The notes under the pieces were generated by a model, which saw only the letters and a list, made by a program, of their open reading frames with translations, was not told where the DNA came from and did not search any database. From assembly GCA_038230695.1 (NCBI GenBank), contig JBBRMT010000002.1, positions 1 to 60,915 of the forward strand: a DNA stretch of 60,915 bases, given 5' to 3'. A program made the position numbers and the translations under genes. Within the stretch, counting starts at the first letter, position 1. Every line of letters starts with the position of its first letter. Source of the stretch: Chloroflexia bacterium (lineage in GTDB: Bacteria; Chloroflexota; Chloroflexia; QHBQ01). Positions 46,211 through 53,995 of this stretch are shown here, one piece after another.

Positions 46211-47455
46211 GTGAGCAGAAGAGTGGTAGTGACGGGCATGGCGGCGATTACCTGCCTCGGCAACAATCTGCAAGAGACCTGGGCGGGGCTTAAGGCGGGG
46301 CGTAGCGGTATCGCCACCATCCAGAGCTTCGACTCCGCCGAGTTCAACCCCAACTTCGCCGGTGAGGTCAAGGGCTTCGACCCCGAAGCGACTGGCTACA
46401 TAGATGCCAAAGAGGCGAAGCAACTCGACCGCTACGTTACCTTCGCGATCACCGTGGCCGAGGACGCGCTGGCCGACTCTGGCCTGCAAATAACCGATGA
46501 TAACCGTGACAACATTGCGGTGATATTTGGTAGCGGCACGGGTGGCACTTCCACTCTGCTTGCCCAGCAGGCGGTGATGAATGAACGCGGCGCACGGCGG
46601 GTCAGCCCTTTCCTGATCGCCAATATGTTGCCGGACACTGGCAGCGGCTACATCGCCATCAAGCTAGGCGCACGCGGCCCCAACATGGCGGTGGTCTCCG
46701 CCTGCGCTACTGGCGGCCACAATGTCGGCGAGGCGTGGGAGACGATCCGGCGCGGCGATGCCGATGTGGCGGTCACGGGCAGCGCCGAGTACGTACTGAT
46801 GCCGCTCACCCTGGCTGGATTCATCTCGATGCGGGCGCTTGCCAACAACCCCGACCCCACCCGCGCCAGCCGCCCATTCGACAAGAACCGCAACGGATTT
46901 GTTATTGCCGAGGGTGCGGCCTGCCTGATTCTTGAGGAACTGGAACACGCGCAGGCCCGTGGCGCACATATCTACGCCGAGATGATCGGCTACGGTAGCA
47001 CCAACGATGCTTATCACATTGCCTCGCCCGACGACATGGGCGCAGGCGCGGCCCGCTGCATGAAGATGGCAATTCGCAAAGCGGGTATTGCCCCCGAAGA
47101 TGTAGACTATATCAACGCGCATGGAACCGCCACCCAGCTTAACGATCGGGTGGAGACGATTGCCACCAAGACGGTGTTCGGCGACCACGCCTACAAGCTG
47201 GCAATCAGCAGCATCAAGTCTATGATCGGCCACGCCATGGGCGCGGCGGGCAGCATAGAAGCGGTTGCCAGTGTGATGACCATCGTAGACCAGACGCTAC
47301 CCCCCACCATCAATTACGAAACCCCCGACCCCGACTGCGACCTCGATTACGTGCCAAACGTGGCCCGACCCGCCAAAGTAGACGTGGTGCTGTCCAACTC
47401 CATCGGCCTCGGTGGACATAATTCCTCGATTATCTTCCGCCGCTATCAGCCTTAA
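46211..47455 (+). CDS. fabF: Beta-ketoacyl-ACP synthase II
   Basis: RRVVVTGMA, active-site ACATG, NAHGTATQLND, and SIKSMIGHAMGAAG (Cys-His-His triad context). Confidence 0.9.
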   Translation: MSRRVVVTGMAAITCLGNNLQETWAGLKAGRSGIATIQSFDSAEFNPNFAGEVKGFDPEATGYIDAKEAKQLDRYVTFAITVAEDALADSGLQITDDNRDNIAVIFGSGTGGTSTLLAQQAVMNERGARRVSPFLIANMLPDTGSGYIAIKLGARGPNMAVVSACATGGHNVGEAWETIRRGDADVAVTGSAEYVLMPLTLAGFISMRALANNPDPTRASRPFDKNRNGFVIAEGAACLILEELEHAQARGAHIYAEMIGYGSTNDAYHIASPDDMGAGAARCMKMAIRKAGIAPEDVDYINAHGTATQLNDRVETIATKTVFGDHAYKLAISSIKSMIGHAMGAAGSIEAVASVMTIVDQTLPPTINYETPDPDCDLDYVPNVARPAKVDVVLSNSIGLGGHNSSIIFRRYQP

Positions 47456-47492
47456 CCCCTTTGTTCTACTACCGCACAGGCGCGAAATGGGG

Positions 47493-47498
47493 TATAAT
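47493..47498 (+). promoter_or_regulatory. TATAAT box 6 nt upstream of ATG 47505 (leaderless-type arrangement)
   Basis: ggTATAATtatgtcATG, with no Shine-Dalgarno between the box and the ATG. Confidence 0.4.
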
Positions 47499-47504
47499 TA
47501 TGTC

Positions 47505-49025
47505 ATGTCCACCCCCACGCCTGAAGCGCAGATCGTCTTTTACCCGATTAGCGGGCCATTTTCATTGCCCGTGTTGTCGGTCAGCGCAGTAAGCGAATAT
47601 AGCGACATAGAGGTGGCAGTCAGCTATAGCGGGCCGCCCATATCGCTTGTCTATCTCTATGTTGGTGGCGCTTACTTCGATGGCCCGTTTGATCTGCAGG
47701 CTAATCCTCTACCCTTTCGCTTCCGGTACAATGTGGACGATTACGTTGGCGTGCTACGTTGGGAGTTGCGTCAGCAGGCGACCCCAATCGCTGCCGCCGA
47801 GCTTGCGGTGCAGCCGCGCAAGCTGAGTAACGCCGATGTTGCCTTCATCAAGGAGCGGCGCATACCTACGTTGCTGGCCCAGCTAGCCGCCCGCAACGCC
47901 ATCCGCTTGCGCTATGATGACGACTGCGAGCGTCTCTACCATTTCTACAGCCTCGATTACAGCATAGAGCGGCTGCTGCACTTCAGCGCCCGCTTGCTCG
48001 ACTCGACCGCTGGCGTGGCTTCGATCGCCGAGCGCATCTACAATCGCCTTGCCTACCACAGCGAAGCCGAGCAGTTGCACGCAGTTGGCGACATTCGCGG
48101 CGCGGTGCGTTGGGCAGCTACTACAACCCGTTGGGCCAACCGTCCCGCTGATGTGGGTCTCGCTCACGAGTGCCGCCGCGAGATAAAAGACTACGCCACC
48201 ACGCTGAACCTGATCCTGGTGACGCTGCACCGCAACCTGGCCCAACAACTTCACGCCCTCGCCCACCAGCTTGCCCGGCGCGACCCTCTAAGCCCAATTA
48301 TTGCTAAGATGCAAACATACGCCCATCGCCACGATGTCTGGCTGGAGCGTAGGCTACTTGCCGCGCTTGCTACATTGCCGCCACGCCCCATATCCCTGCA
48401 AGCGGCGGCCCGCGAACTGAGCTACAATACCAACCCTGCCTACCGCGAACTGCTGCGCCTTTGGCGCGACTTTCACACCCGCTATGTCAGCCTCGACCCC
48501 GCCGCCCATCTCTCCGGCCTGCAACCGATGCACAAGATCTACGAACTATGGTGCGTGTGCGAGGTGGCTGCGGCGCTGGGCTTGCGCGAGACCGCTAGCG
48601 GCTTCGGGCGTGGCGCAATCTTTGCGGGCCGCTATCAAGGCCAACCGACTACCTTGTACTACGACCAGCCAACCACCGCTGGCTGGCTGTCCAGCAGGCG
48701 CGGTGTGAATATTCGCCCCGACATCCTGCTGGAAGTGGGCGGCAGGCGGCTGCTGCTAGATGCCAAGTACCGCCTTGGTGACGAACGCGCCCGCACCGAT
48801 GACCTGCTCAAGATGCTTGCCTATATGAACGATCTGCGCGTGCCGGTTGGTGGTATCATCTATCCAGGTAGCGGTTCACTGGTAGCCCAGCCCGACCCAG
48901 CCAGCAATCAGGTGGCCTACGAACTGCCCCTCCGCCCCAACCTCGACGACCCTGCCGCCCTGACAACCACCCTGCGTGGCTGGCTTGATCAGATGATTGC
49001 GGCGGCGTTATGCAATCCGACGTAG
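47505..49025 (+). CDS. McrC-like PD-(D/E)xK nuclease of the DUF2357/DUF524 type
   Basis: C-terminal KIYELWCVCEV ... RPDILLEVGGRRLLLDAKYR ... DLLKMLAYMNDL...GGIIYPGSG (D ... D-A-K nuclease core at 48720-48767). The N-terminal ~380 aa is helical and unassigned. Confidence 0.7.
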   Translation: MSTPTPEAQIVFYPISGPFSLPVLSVSAVSEYSDIEVAVSYSGPPISLVYLYVGGAYFDGPFDLQANPLPFRFRYNVDDYVGVLRWELRQQATPIAAAELAVQPRKLSNADVAFIKERRIPTLLAQLAARNAIRLRYDDDCERLYHFYSLDYSIERLLHFSARLLDSTAGVASIAERIYNRLAYHSEAEQLHAVGDIRGAVRWAATTTRWANRPADVGLAHECRREIKDYATTLNLILVTLHRNLAQQLHALAHQLARRDPLSPIIAKMQTYAHRHDVWLERRLLAALATLPPRPISLQAAARELSYNTNPAYRELLRLWRDFHTRYVSLDPAAHLSGLQPMHKIYELWCVCEVAAALGLRETASGFGRGAIFAGRYQGQPTTLYYDQPTTAGWLSSRRGVNIRPDILLEVGGRRLLLDAKYRLGDERARTDDLLKMLAYMNDLRVPVGGIIYPGSGSLVAQPDPASNQVAYELPLRPNLDDPAALTTTLRGWLDQMIAAALCNPT

Positions 49026-49126
49026 GGGCGGGGGCTGCCCACTCAGGTGCAGCGCATCAATGCTCATCGTAAACATCAATGCCGACGTAGGGCGGGTGTT
49101 TCTCGCCCAATCTGGAGGTGACTATC

Positions 49127-51664
49127 ATGGCCGAAGCAACCGAGATACAACTGACCGAGCCGCAGCAGGAGCGACTGCGGGCGCTCTATCGCGCTTATCA
49201 GCAGGATCGCGCGTTTGTGGCCCGCTGGCAGGAGCTTGACGCAAAGCGCCAGGCGAGCATTCCGCAAATCCTGGGGATTATAAACGACTTTGTCGGTGGC
49301 AAAACAGACTTGAAACGGTTTGTTAAAGAAAGCCAGCAGTATAGCGTGAACAATAAGCAATGGGGATTTGCCCAGTACGGCCAAATGCAGTTGAACATTA
49401 TGAGCAACACCGCTGCTAAAGATGCTGAAGCAGCAACCCAGCTAACTCGCCTCCTTCGCTCGTCGTTGATCGTTCCCTCCTCGAAAGAAGAAAGCGCGGA
49501 GAAGATTAAGAAGCTAGCCAGCTTCCTGTCAAACCTTTATCAGAACTATAAGCCGAAAGCTGCTCACGACTCGTCTGTACCGCTTATCCTGAGCTACTTT
49601 TGGGGGATGCAGGACCAAGAAGAGTTTCCTGTATATTATAACCACGATGCGGCAGCCTATCGTCGGCTCGGACTAACAGAGCTAGCTGGCGGCCCAGGTG
49701 ATCGCTATACTGGCTATGATAGCCTTGTGACAAGGCTGCGCCATCTTTTGGATGCCAGCACCTGGGAGCTAGAGCATTTCGCTTTCTGGCTCTCCAAACA
49801 GCCCTTCCTTGGCTTCCCCACTGAAACCTTTGCCCGCCTCGTCGTTAATGCCGCATTCAACGCCGATTTTATCAGCGGGCGTGGCTATGCCGATGCCTCG
49901 CACGAAGATGAGGCTGAGGCTAACGCGAAGTTCGCCATAGACCGGCTCAAGGAGTTGGGCGGGCCGTTGCGGCAAGAGCTTGGCTACGAGACTTACGAGC
50001 TTGAACTAACCATCAAGCCGAGCGAACCCCGCGCCACCCACGGCGAACCGATGCGCTGGCGGCAGGAGGCTTGGCTGTCGGTTTGGCAGCCACAGAAGCA
50101 GAGTCGGGTGGCAGCGGCGGCCAGCCCGCAGCTACAGGTGCGGGTCAGCGGCGACGGCCTCTACGCAGGCTACTACTCCGGGCAGTCTGCTGCCTTCGCA
50201 CCAGCGGGACAGTGGCAGGCGGGGGTGGTGCGCGATGCGCTAGATGCTGCGTTGCGGCTGCCGGGGGTTGCCATCTATGCGCTGCGGCGCGGCGAGAACC
50301 CCACGCCAATCAGCCCCGACGAGGCCGCCAACCTCGACGGCGATGCCGCCTTCCTGGTTGGCCTGCGCTGGCCGCCCGAAGATCCAATAGTTGGCCTACC
50401 CCATGTGGTTGGCGCATTGGCCGAGACGCTGCGCGCCCTCTACCCCCTATACCAGACCGCGTTGGCAGCATACTCCCGCGCCGCTGCATTGGTGCCGCTG
50501 GCCGAGGTAGAGCAGGCCGAGGACCAGTTTGACGCGCTCTACAGCGAGACCGCGATTGGCGAACCTGCCGCCGATTATATGGTTGCCGCACTGCTGGATG
50601 ATGAGGCAATTGCCGAGGATCTAGCGGATGCCGAAGACGAGGATGGAGGCGCGGAGTTTGTGCCGCCCAACTTCGACGACATTCTTGCCGAGGTGAATCA
50701 GACGCTGGCGATTGACGAAGCCACCATTCGCGCCGTCATCACCCACCTGTATGCCGGGCGACACGTGCTGCTCTACGGTCCGCCTGGGGTGGGTAAGACG
50801 CGCCTAGCCCGCATCCTGGCGGCCACCATTTGCGGCAAGGACAACTACAGCATCAGCACCGCCAACCCGGAGTGGAGTGCGTATGAGGTAGTGGGCGGAC
50901 TGCGCCCGCGCATCGCCGCGTCTGGGTTGGCCTACGAGTATGCTGCTGGCGTGGTCAGCCGCGCCGTGGAACACTGTTGGTTGGGGCTGAAGCGTTATGG
51001 CCGACCCCACTATCTAATCATTGATGAGTTCAATCGCGCCAACCTGGACCGCGCCTTTGGCGAACTGTTCACCGCGCTGGAATATCCCGATGTGCCACTG
51101 CTATCAAAGGAGCGCGGCGCAAACGTGGACTTGCGTATCCCGCCCGCTTTCCGCATAATTGGCACGCTCAACTCAGACGACCGCAACACGCTCTACGATA
51201 TCGGTTTTGCCCTGCGCCGCCGCTTTGCGCTGGTGGAGGTGGGCATCCCGCCGCTGGCGCAGGAACGGGCCAAGCTGCCAGCAGCGGTGCAGGAGGCGCT
51301 GCGCCGCCGCGCCGCCAGCGCGGAAATTGCGCTCGATGAGGCGAATAACTTTGCCGACGCGCATCTGCAGTCGGCGCTTGACCCGCTGCTAGCCTTCATC
51401 GGGGTGGTGCGTAGTGTTCGACCGATTGGCACCGCGCTGCTGATAGACGCGCTGGCCTTCGTCGCCGCCGCGCATCTCAATGGCACCTATGCTGACCCCA
51501 TTGCTGCGCTGCAAGATGCGATTATCGCCACTATCCTGCCCCAGCTTGAGCGCAACCCCATCGCGATCGCTACCGCGATTGACCGTGCCGCCGAGTACAA
51601 CTTGTCTAGTGTGCTTAATGCCTTGCGCCGAATGCAAGAGGCCGACACAGCGGCGATGATATGA
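49127..51664 (+). CDS. McrB-family AAA+ GTPase with a ~550-aa unassigned N-terminal region
   Basis: Walker A GPPGVGKT (50777-50800), LIIDEFNRANLDRAFGELFTALE (51014-), GTLNSDDR with the NxxD motif (51170-51181), and FALRRRFALVEV. ATG 49127 is 9 nt after GGAGG. Confidence 0.8.
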   Translation: MAEATEIQLTEPQQERLRALYRAYQQDRAFVARWQELDAKRQASIPQILGIINDFVGGKTDLKRFVKESQQYSVNNKQWGFAQYGQMQLNIMSNTAAKDAEAATQLTRLLRSSLIVPSSKEESAEKIKKLASFLSNLYQNYKPKAAHDSSVPLILSYFWGMQDQEEFPVYYNHDAAAYRRLGLTELAGGPGDRYTGYDSLVTRLRHLLDASTWELEHFAFWLSKQPFLGFPTETFARLVVNAAFNADFISGRGYADASHEDEAEANAKFAIDRLKELGGPLRQELGYETYELELTIKPSEPRATHGEPMRWRQEAWLSVWQPQKQSRVAAAASPQLQVRVSGDGLYAGYYSGQSAAFAPAGQWQAGVVRDALDAALRLPGVAIYALRRGENPTPISPDEAANLDGDAAFLVGLRWPPEDPIVGLPHVVGALAETLRALYPLYQTALAAYSRAAALVPLAEVEQAEDQFDALYSETAIGEPAADYMVAALLDDEAIAEDLADAEDEDGGAEFVPPNFDDILAEVNQTLAIDEATIRAVITHLYAGRHVLLYGPPGVGKTRLARILAATICGKDNYSISTANPEWSAYEVVGGLRPRIAASGLAYEYAAGVVSRAVEHCWLGLKRYGRPHYLIIDEFNRANLDRAFGELFTALEYPDVPLLSKERGANVDLRIPPAFRIIGTLNSDDRNTLYDIGFALRRRFALVEVGIPPLAQERAKLPAAVQEALRRRAASAEIALDEANNFADAHLQSALDPLLAFIGVVRSVRPIGTALLIDALAFVAAAHLNGTYADPIAALQDAIIATILPQLERNPIAIATAIDRAAEYNLSSVLNALRRMQEADTAAMI

Positions 51665-51779
51665 GGGAAGCTGGAACATAGATATTAGGAAGGTTGCGGT
51701 TATGGGCATCATTTGTTATACTTAAAGGTACGCAAAAGGGTACGGTTTTATGTTACAAGATAGAAAGGAGCGTTAGGTT

Positions 51780-52136
51780 ATGTTCTCACTTACATCAGAC
51801 TTCATCACCTCGAAGCAGGTACGCCAGAATCTGGCCGAGACGCTGGATCGGGTGGAGGAGGGTAAGCCCATCGTGATCACCCGCGCTGGTTTGCCCGCCG
51901 CCGTGTTGGTTAGCGTCGAACAGTATGAGCAACTGCAGCGAGCTTGGGAGGCACAATATCACATTATGATGGCCGATGCTGCCCAGGAGCGGGCCAACCG
52001 AGGCGAGGTGATCAGCGGCGAAGCATTCATCGCCGAACTTAAAGCCAACTTTGGCGGCAACATTGATTTCGAGACTGCAGATCTCTCCGAGTACGTAGAT
52101 ATGGATAACTCCGCTCTTGCCGAGGAGGGAGCATAG
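51780..52136 (+). CDS. Phd/YefM-family antitoxin
   Basis: ITSKQVRQNLAETLDRVEEGKPIVITRAGLPAAVLVSVEQYEQL. Confidence 0.75.
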   Translation: MFSLTSDFITSKQVRQNLAETLDRVEEGKPIVITRAGLPAAVLVSVEQYEQLQRAWEAQYHIMMADAAQERANRGEVISGEAFIAELKANFGGNIDFETADLSEYVDMDNSALAEEGA

Positions 52137-52138
52137 CT

Positions 52139-52495
52139 TTGGCAAAGCTGCTGATCGATCCTCTGGTGCGTATTGAAGCAAATGAAGTAGTCAGCTACTA
52201 TCGCAGCAAAGAGGGGGATGAGTTTGCTGAACACCTCAGCGTGGCGCTTCAGGCAGTCACCTTTGTGATAGGGAAAAATCCCGAAGGCGGCTTGCCTATC
52301 AGCGGCCTACCCTTGGGCTATCGTCGGAAACGCACAGGCAAGCACTTTCCACCGTATGTCTTCAGCTACCGCTACGATCGGGAGAAGGACGAGGCTCTTG
52401 TCTACCTGCTACGACACACTGCTCAACGGCCTTACGCACCTTCCACTCATCGCCGCAAGGCAAACGAAGCCCAACGTCGCGTTGATGAAGGCTGA
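52139..52495 (+). CDS. ParE/RelE-family toxin
   Basis: 118 aa, starting 3 nt after the antitoxin stop. EANEVVSYY........H.....A...I..NP..G and ..YVFSYRYD...DEALVYLLRHTAQRP are ParE-like. Confidence 0.65.
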   Translation: MAKLLIDPLVRIEANEVVSYYRSKEGDEFAEHLSVALQAVTFVIGKNPEGGLPISGLPLGYRRKRTGKHFPPYVFSYRYDREKDEALVYLLRHTAQRPYAPSTHRRKANEAQRRVDEG

Positions 52496-52597
52496 ACATT
52501 TGCGATGCCCGTGCAGATGTGCTACAATAGCATCTGCCCCGATTGGGCGATCGCAATATTAAACCTGGCTATAACTTGAATCGCAGGAGGGAGTCAA

Positions 52598-53860
52598 ATG
52601 GACCACCGTAACCACAGCAAGATCCGCGTCGTCGTCACCGGGCAGGGGCTACTCAGCCCGATTGGTAACACCATCGAGGAATACTGGCAGAACCTTACCA
52701 ACGGCGTGTCTGGCATTGGCCGCATCACCCAGTTCGACCCCGATGGCATGGCGGTGCAGATTGCGGGCGAGGTCAAGGGCTTTGAGCCGGGCGATTATAT
52801 GGACGAGAAGGCGGCGCGGCGAATGTCGCGCTTCGGTCAGTTCGCGGTAGCAGCGGCCCGTATGGCGTTGGACGATGCCCGCTTCACCATCACCGAGGAC
52901 AACGCCTCCAGCGTAGCGGTGGTGGTCGGCACCGGCGGTGGTGGCATTGGCGATGTCGCCGACGGCGGTATCAACCTGAAGGAACGCGGGCCGCGCAGTA
53001 TCAGCCCCTTCTTCCTGCCCAGCTTCATCGCCAACATGGGCGCGTGCCAGGTTTCCATCCAGTGCGGCGCACGCGGCCCGGTGCTGACCAATGTGGCCGC
53101 CTGCGCCACGGGAATACTCAGCTTTGGCGACGCGCTGCGCCTGCTGCGGGCTGGCGAGGCCGATGTCGCTATCTGCGGCAGCGCGGAGAGCGCCATCCAC
53201 CCGCTGTCGTTCGCATCGTTGAACAATATGGGTGCGTTGTGCAAGACGCGCAACGACGACCCCACCCACGCCAGCCGCCCCTTCGACAAGAACCGTGAGG
53301 GCTTCGTCTACTCCGAGGGTGCGGGGATAATGATTTTGGAGACACTGGAACACGCGATGGCCCGTGATGCCCGCATCATCGCCGAACTGGTTGGCGCGGC
53401 GGCCACCGGCGATGCTTATCACATCAGCGCCCCCGCTCCCAATGGGGTTGGCGCAAGCAACGCGATGAGCCGCGCCCTTATCAATGCGGGACTAACTCCG
53501 CAAGATGTGGATTATGTGGTCGCGCACGGCACTGGCACGCAGCTAAACGATGTTAGCGAGACGGCGGCGATCAAGACCAGCTTCGGCGAACACGCCTACA
53601 AGCTGATGATTAGTTCGCCCAAGAGTATGGTGGGCCACCTGCTGGGGGCAGCCGGGGCGATGAGCGGCGCGGCGGCGGTGATGTCCATCCGCGACGGCAT
53701 TGTGCCGCCCACTACCAACCTCGATACCCCCGACCCAGAGTGCGACCTCGACTATGTGCCAAACGTTAAGCGCGAGACGCAGGTGCGGGTGGCAATGGCG
53801 AACGGTTTCGGCTTCGGTGGGCAGAACGGCGTGGCAATATTCAAGGCGTTCGAGGCGTGA
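52598..53860 (+). CDS. Beta-ketoacyl-ACP synthase II paralog
   Basis: IRVVVTGQG, ACATG, AHGTGTQLND, and SPKSMVGHLLGAAG. GGAGGGAG lies upstream, with TACAAT at about 52525. Confidence 0.9.
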   Translation: MDHRNHSKIRVVVTGQGLLSPIGNTIEEYWQNLTNGVSGIGRITQFDPDGMAVQIAGEVKGFEPGDYMDEKAARRMSRFGQFAVAAARMALDDARFTITEDNASSVAVVVGTGGGGIGDVADGGINLKERGPRSISPFFLPSFIANMGACQVSIQCGARGPVLTNVAACATGILSFGDALRLLRAGEADVAICGSAESAIHPLSFASLNNMGALCKTRNDDPTHASRPFDKNREGFVYSEGAGIMILETLEHAMARDARIIAELVGAAATGDAYHISAPAPNGVGASNAMSRALINAGLTPQDVDYVVAHGTGTQLNDVSETAAIKTSFGEHAYKLMISSPKSMVGHLLGAAGAMSGAAAVMSIRDGIVPPTTNLDTPDPECDLDYVPNVKRETQVRVAMANGFGFGGQNGVAIFKAFEA

Positions 53861-53892
53861 GGTATGAGGTACGAGGAAATGGTAACTTGTAA
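53851..53892. repeat. Period-7 degenerate tandem repeat (TGAGGTA-type)
   Basis: cgaggcgtgaggtatgaggtacgaggaaatggtaacttgtaa. It includes the stop of the second fabF. Confidence 0.7.
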
Positions 53893-53963
53893 ACCAAGTT
53901 TTGATCGCAGTGTAGACCCACCCCTAGCCCCTCCCAGCGGGAGGGGAGAACATCACAACCTTT

Positions 53964-53995
53964 ATCTGCAATCTGCAATCTGCAATCTGCAATGG
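53964..53995. repeat. Heptanucleotide tandem repeat (ATCTGCA x4)
   Basis: atctgcaatctgcaatctgcaatctgcaatgg. The last unit contains the ATG of the GNAT-Sir2 ORF. Confidence 0.9.

Noticed and set aside
52649-53422. 257-aa minus-strand ORF inside the second fabF
   Set aside because: It is antisense to a complete KS with active-site motifs and is Arg/Ala/Gly-rich. Similar cases, rejected for the same reason, are 46664-47233 in fabF, 39638-40342 and 39734-40549 in the MFS gene, 36071-36688 in GH5, and 1453-1995 in the GlcD-like gene.
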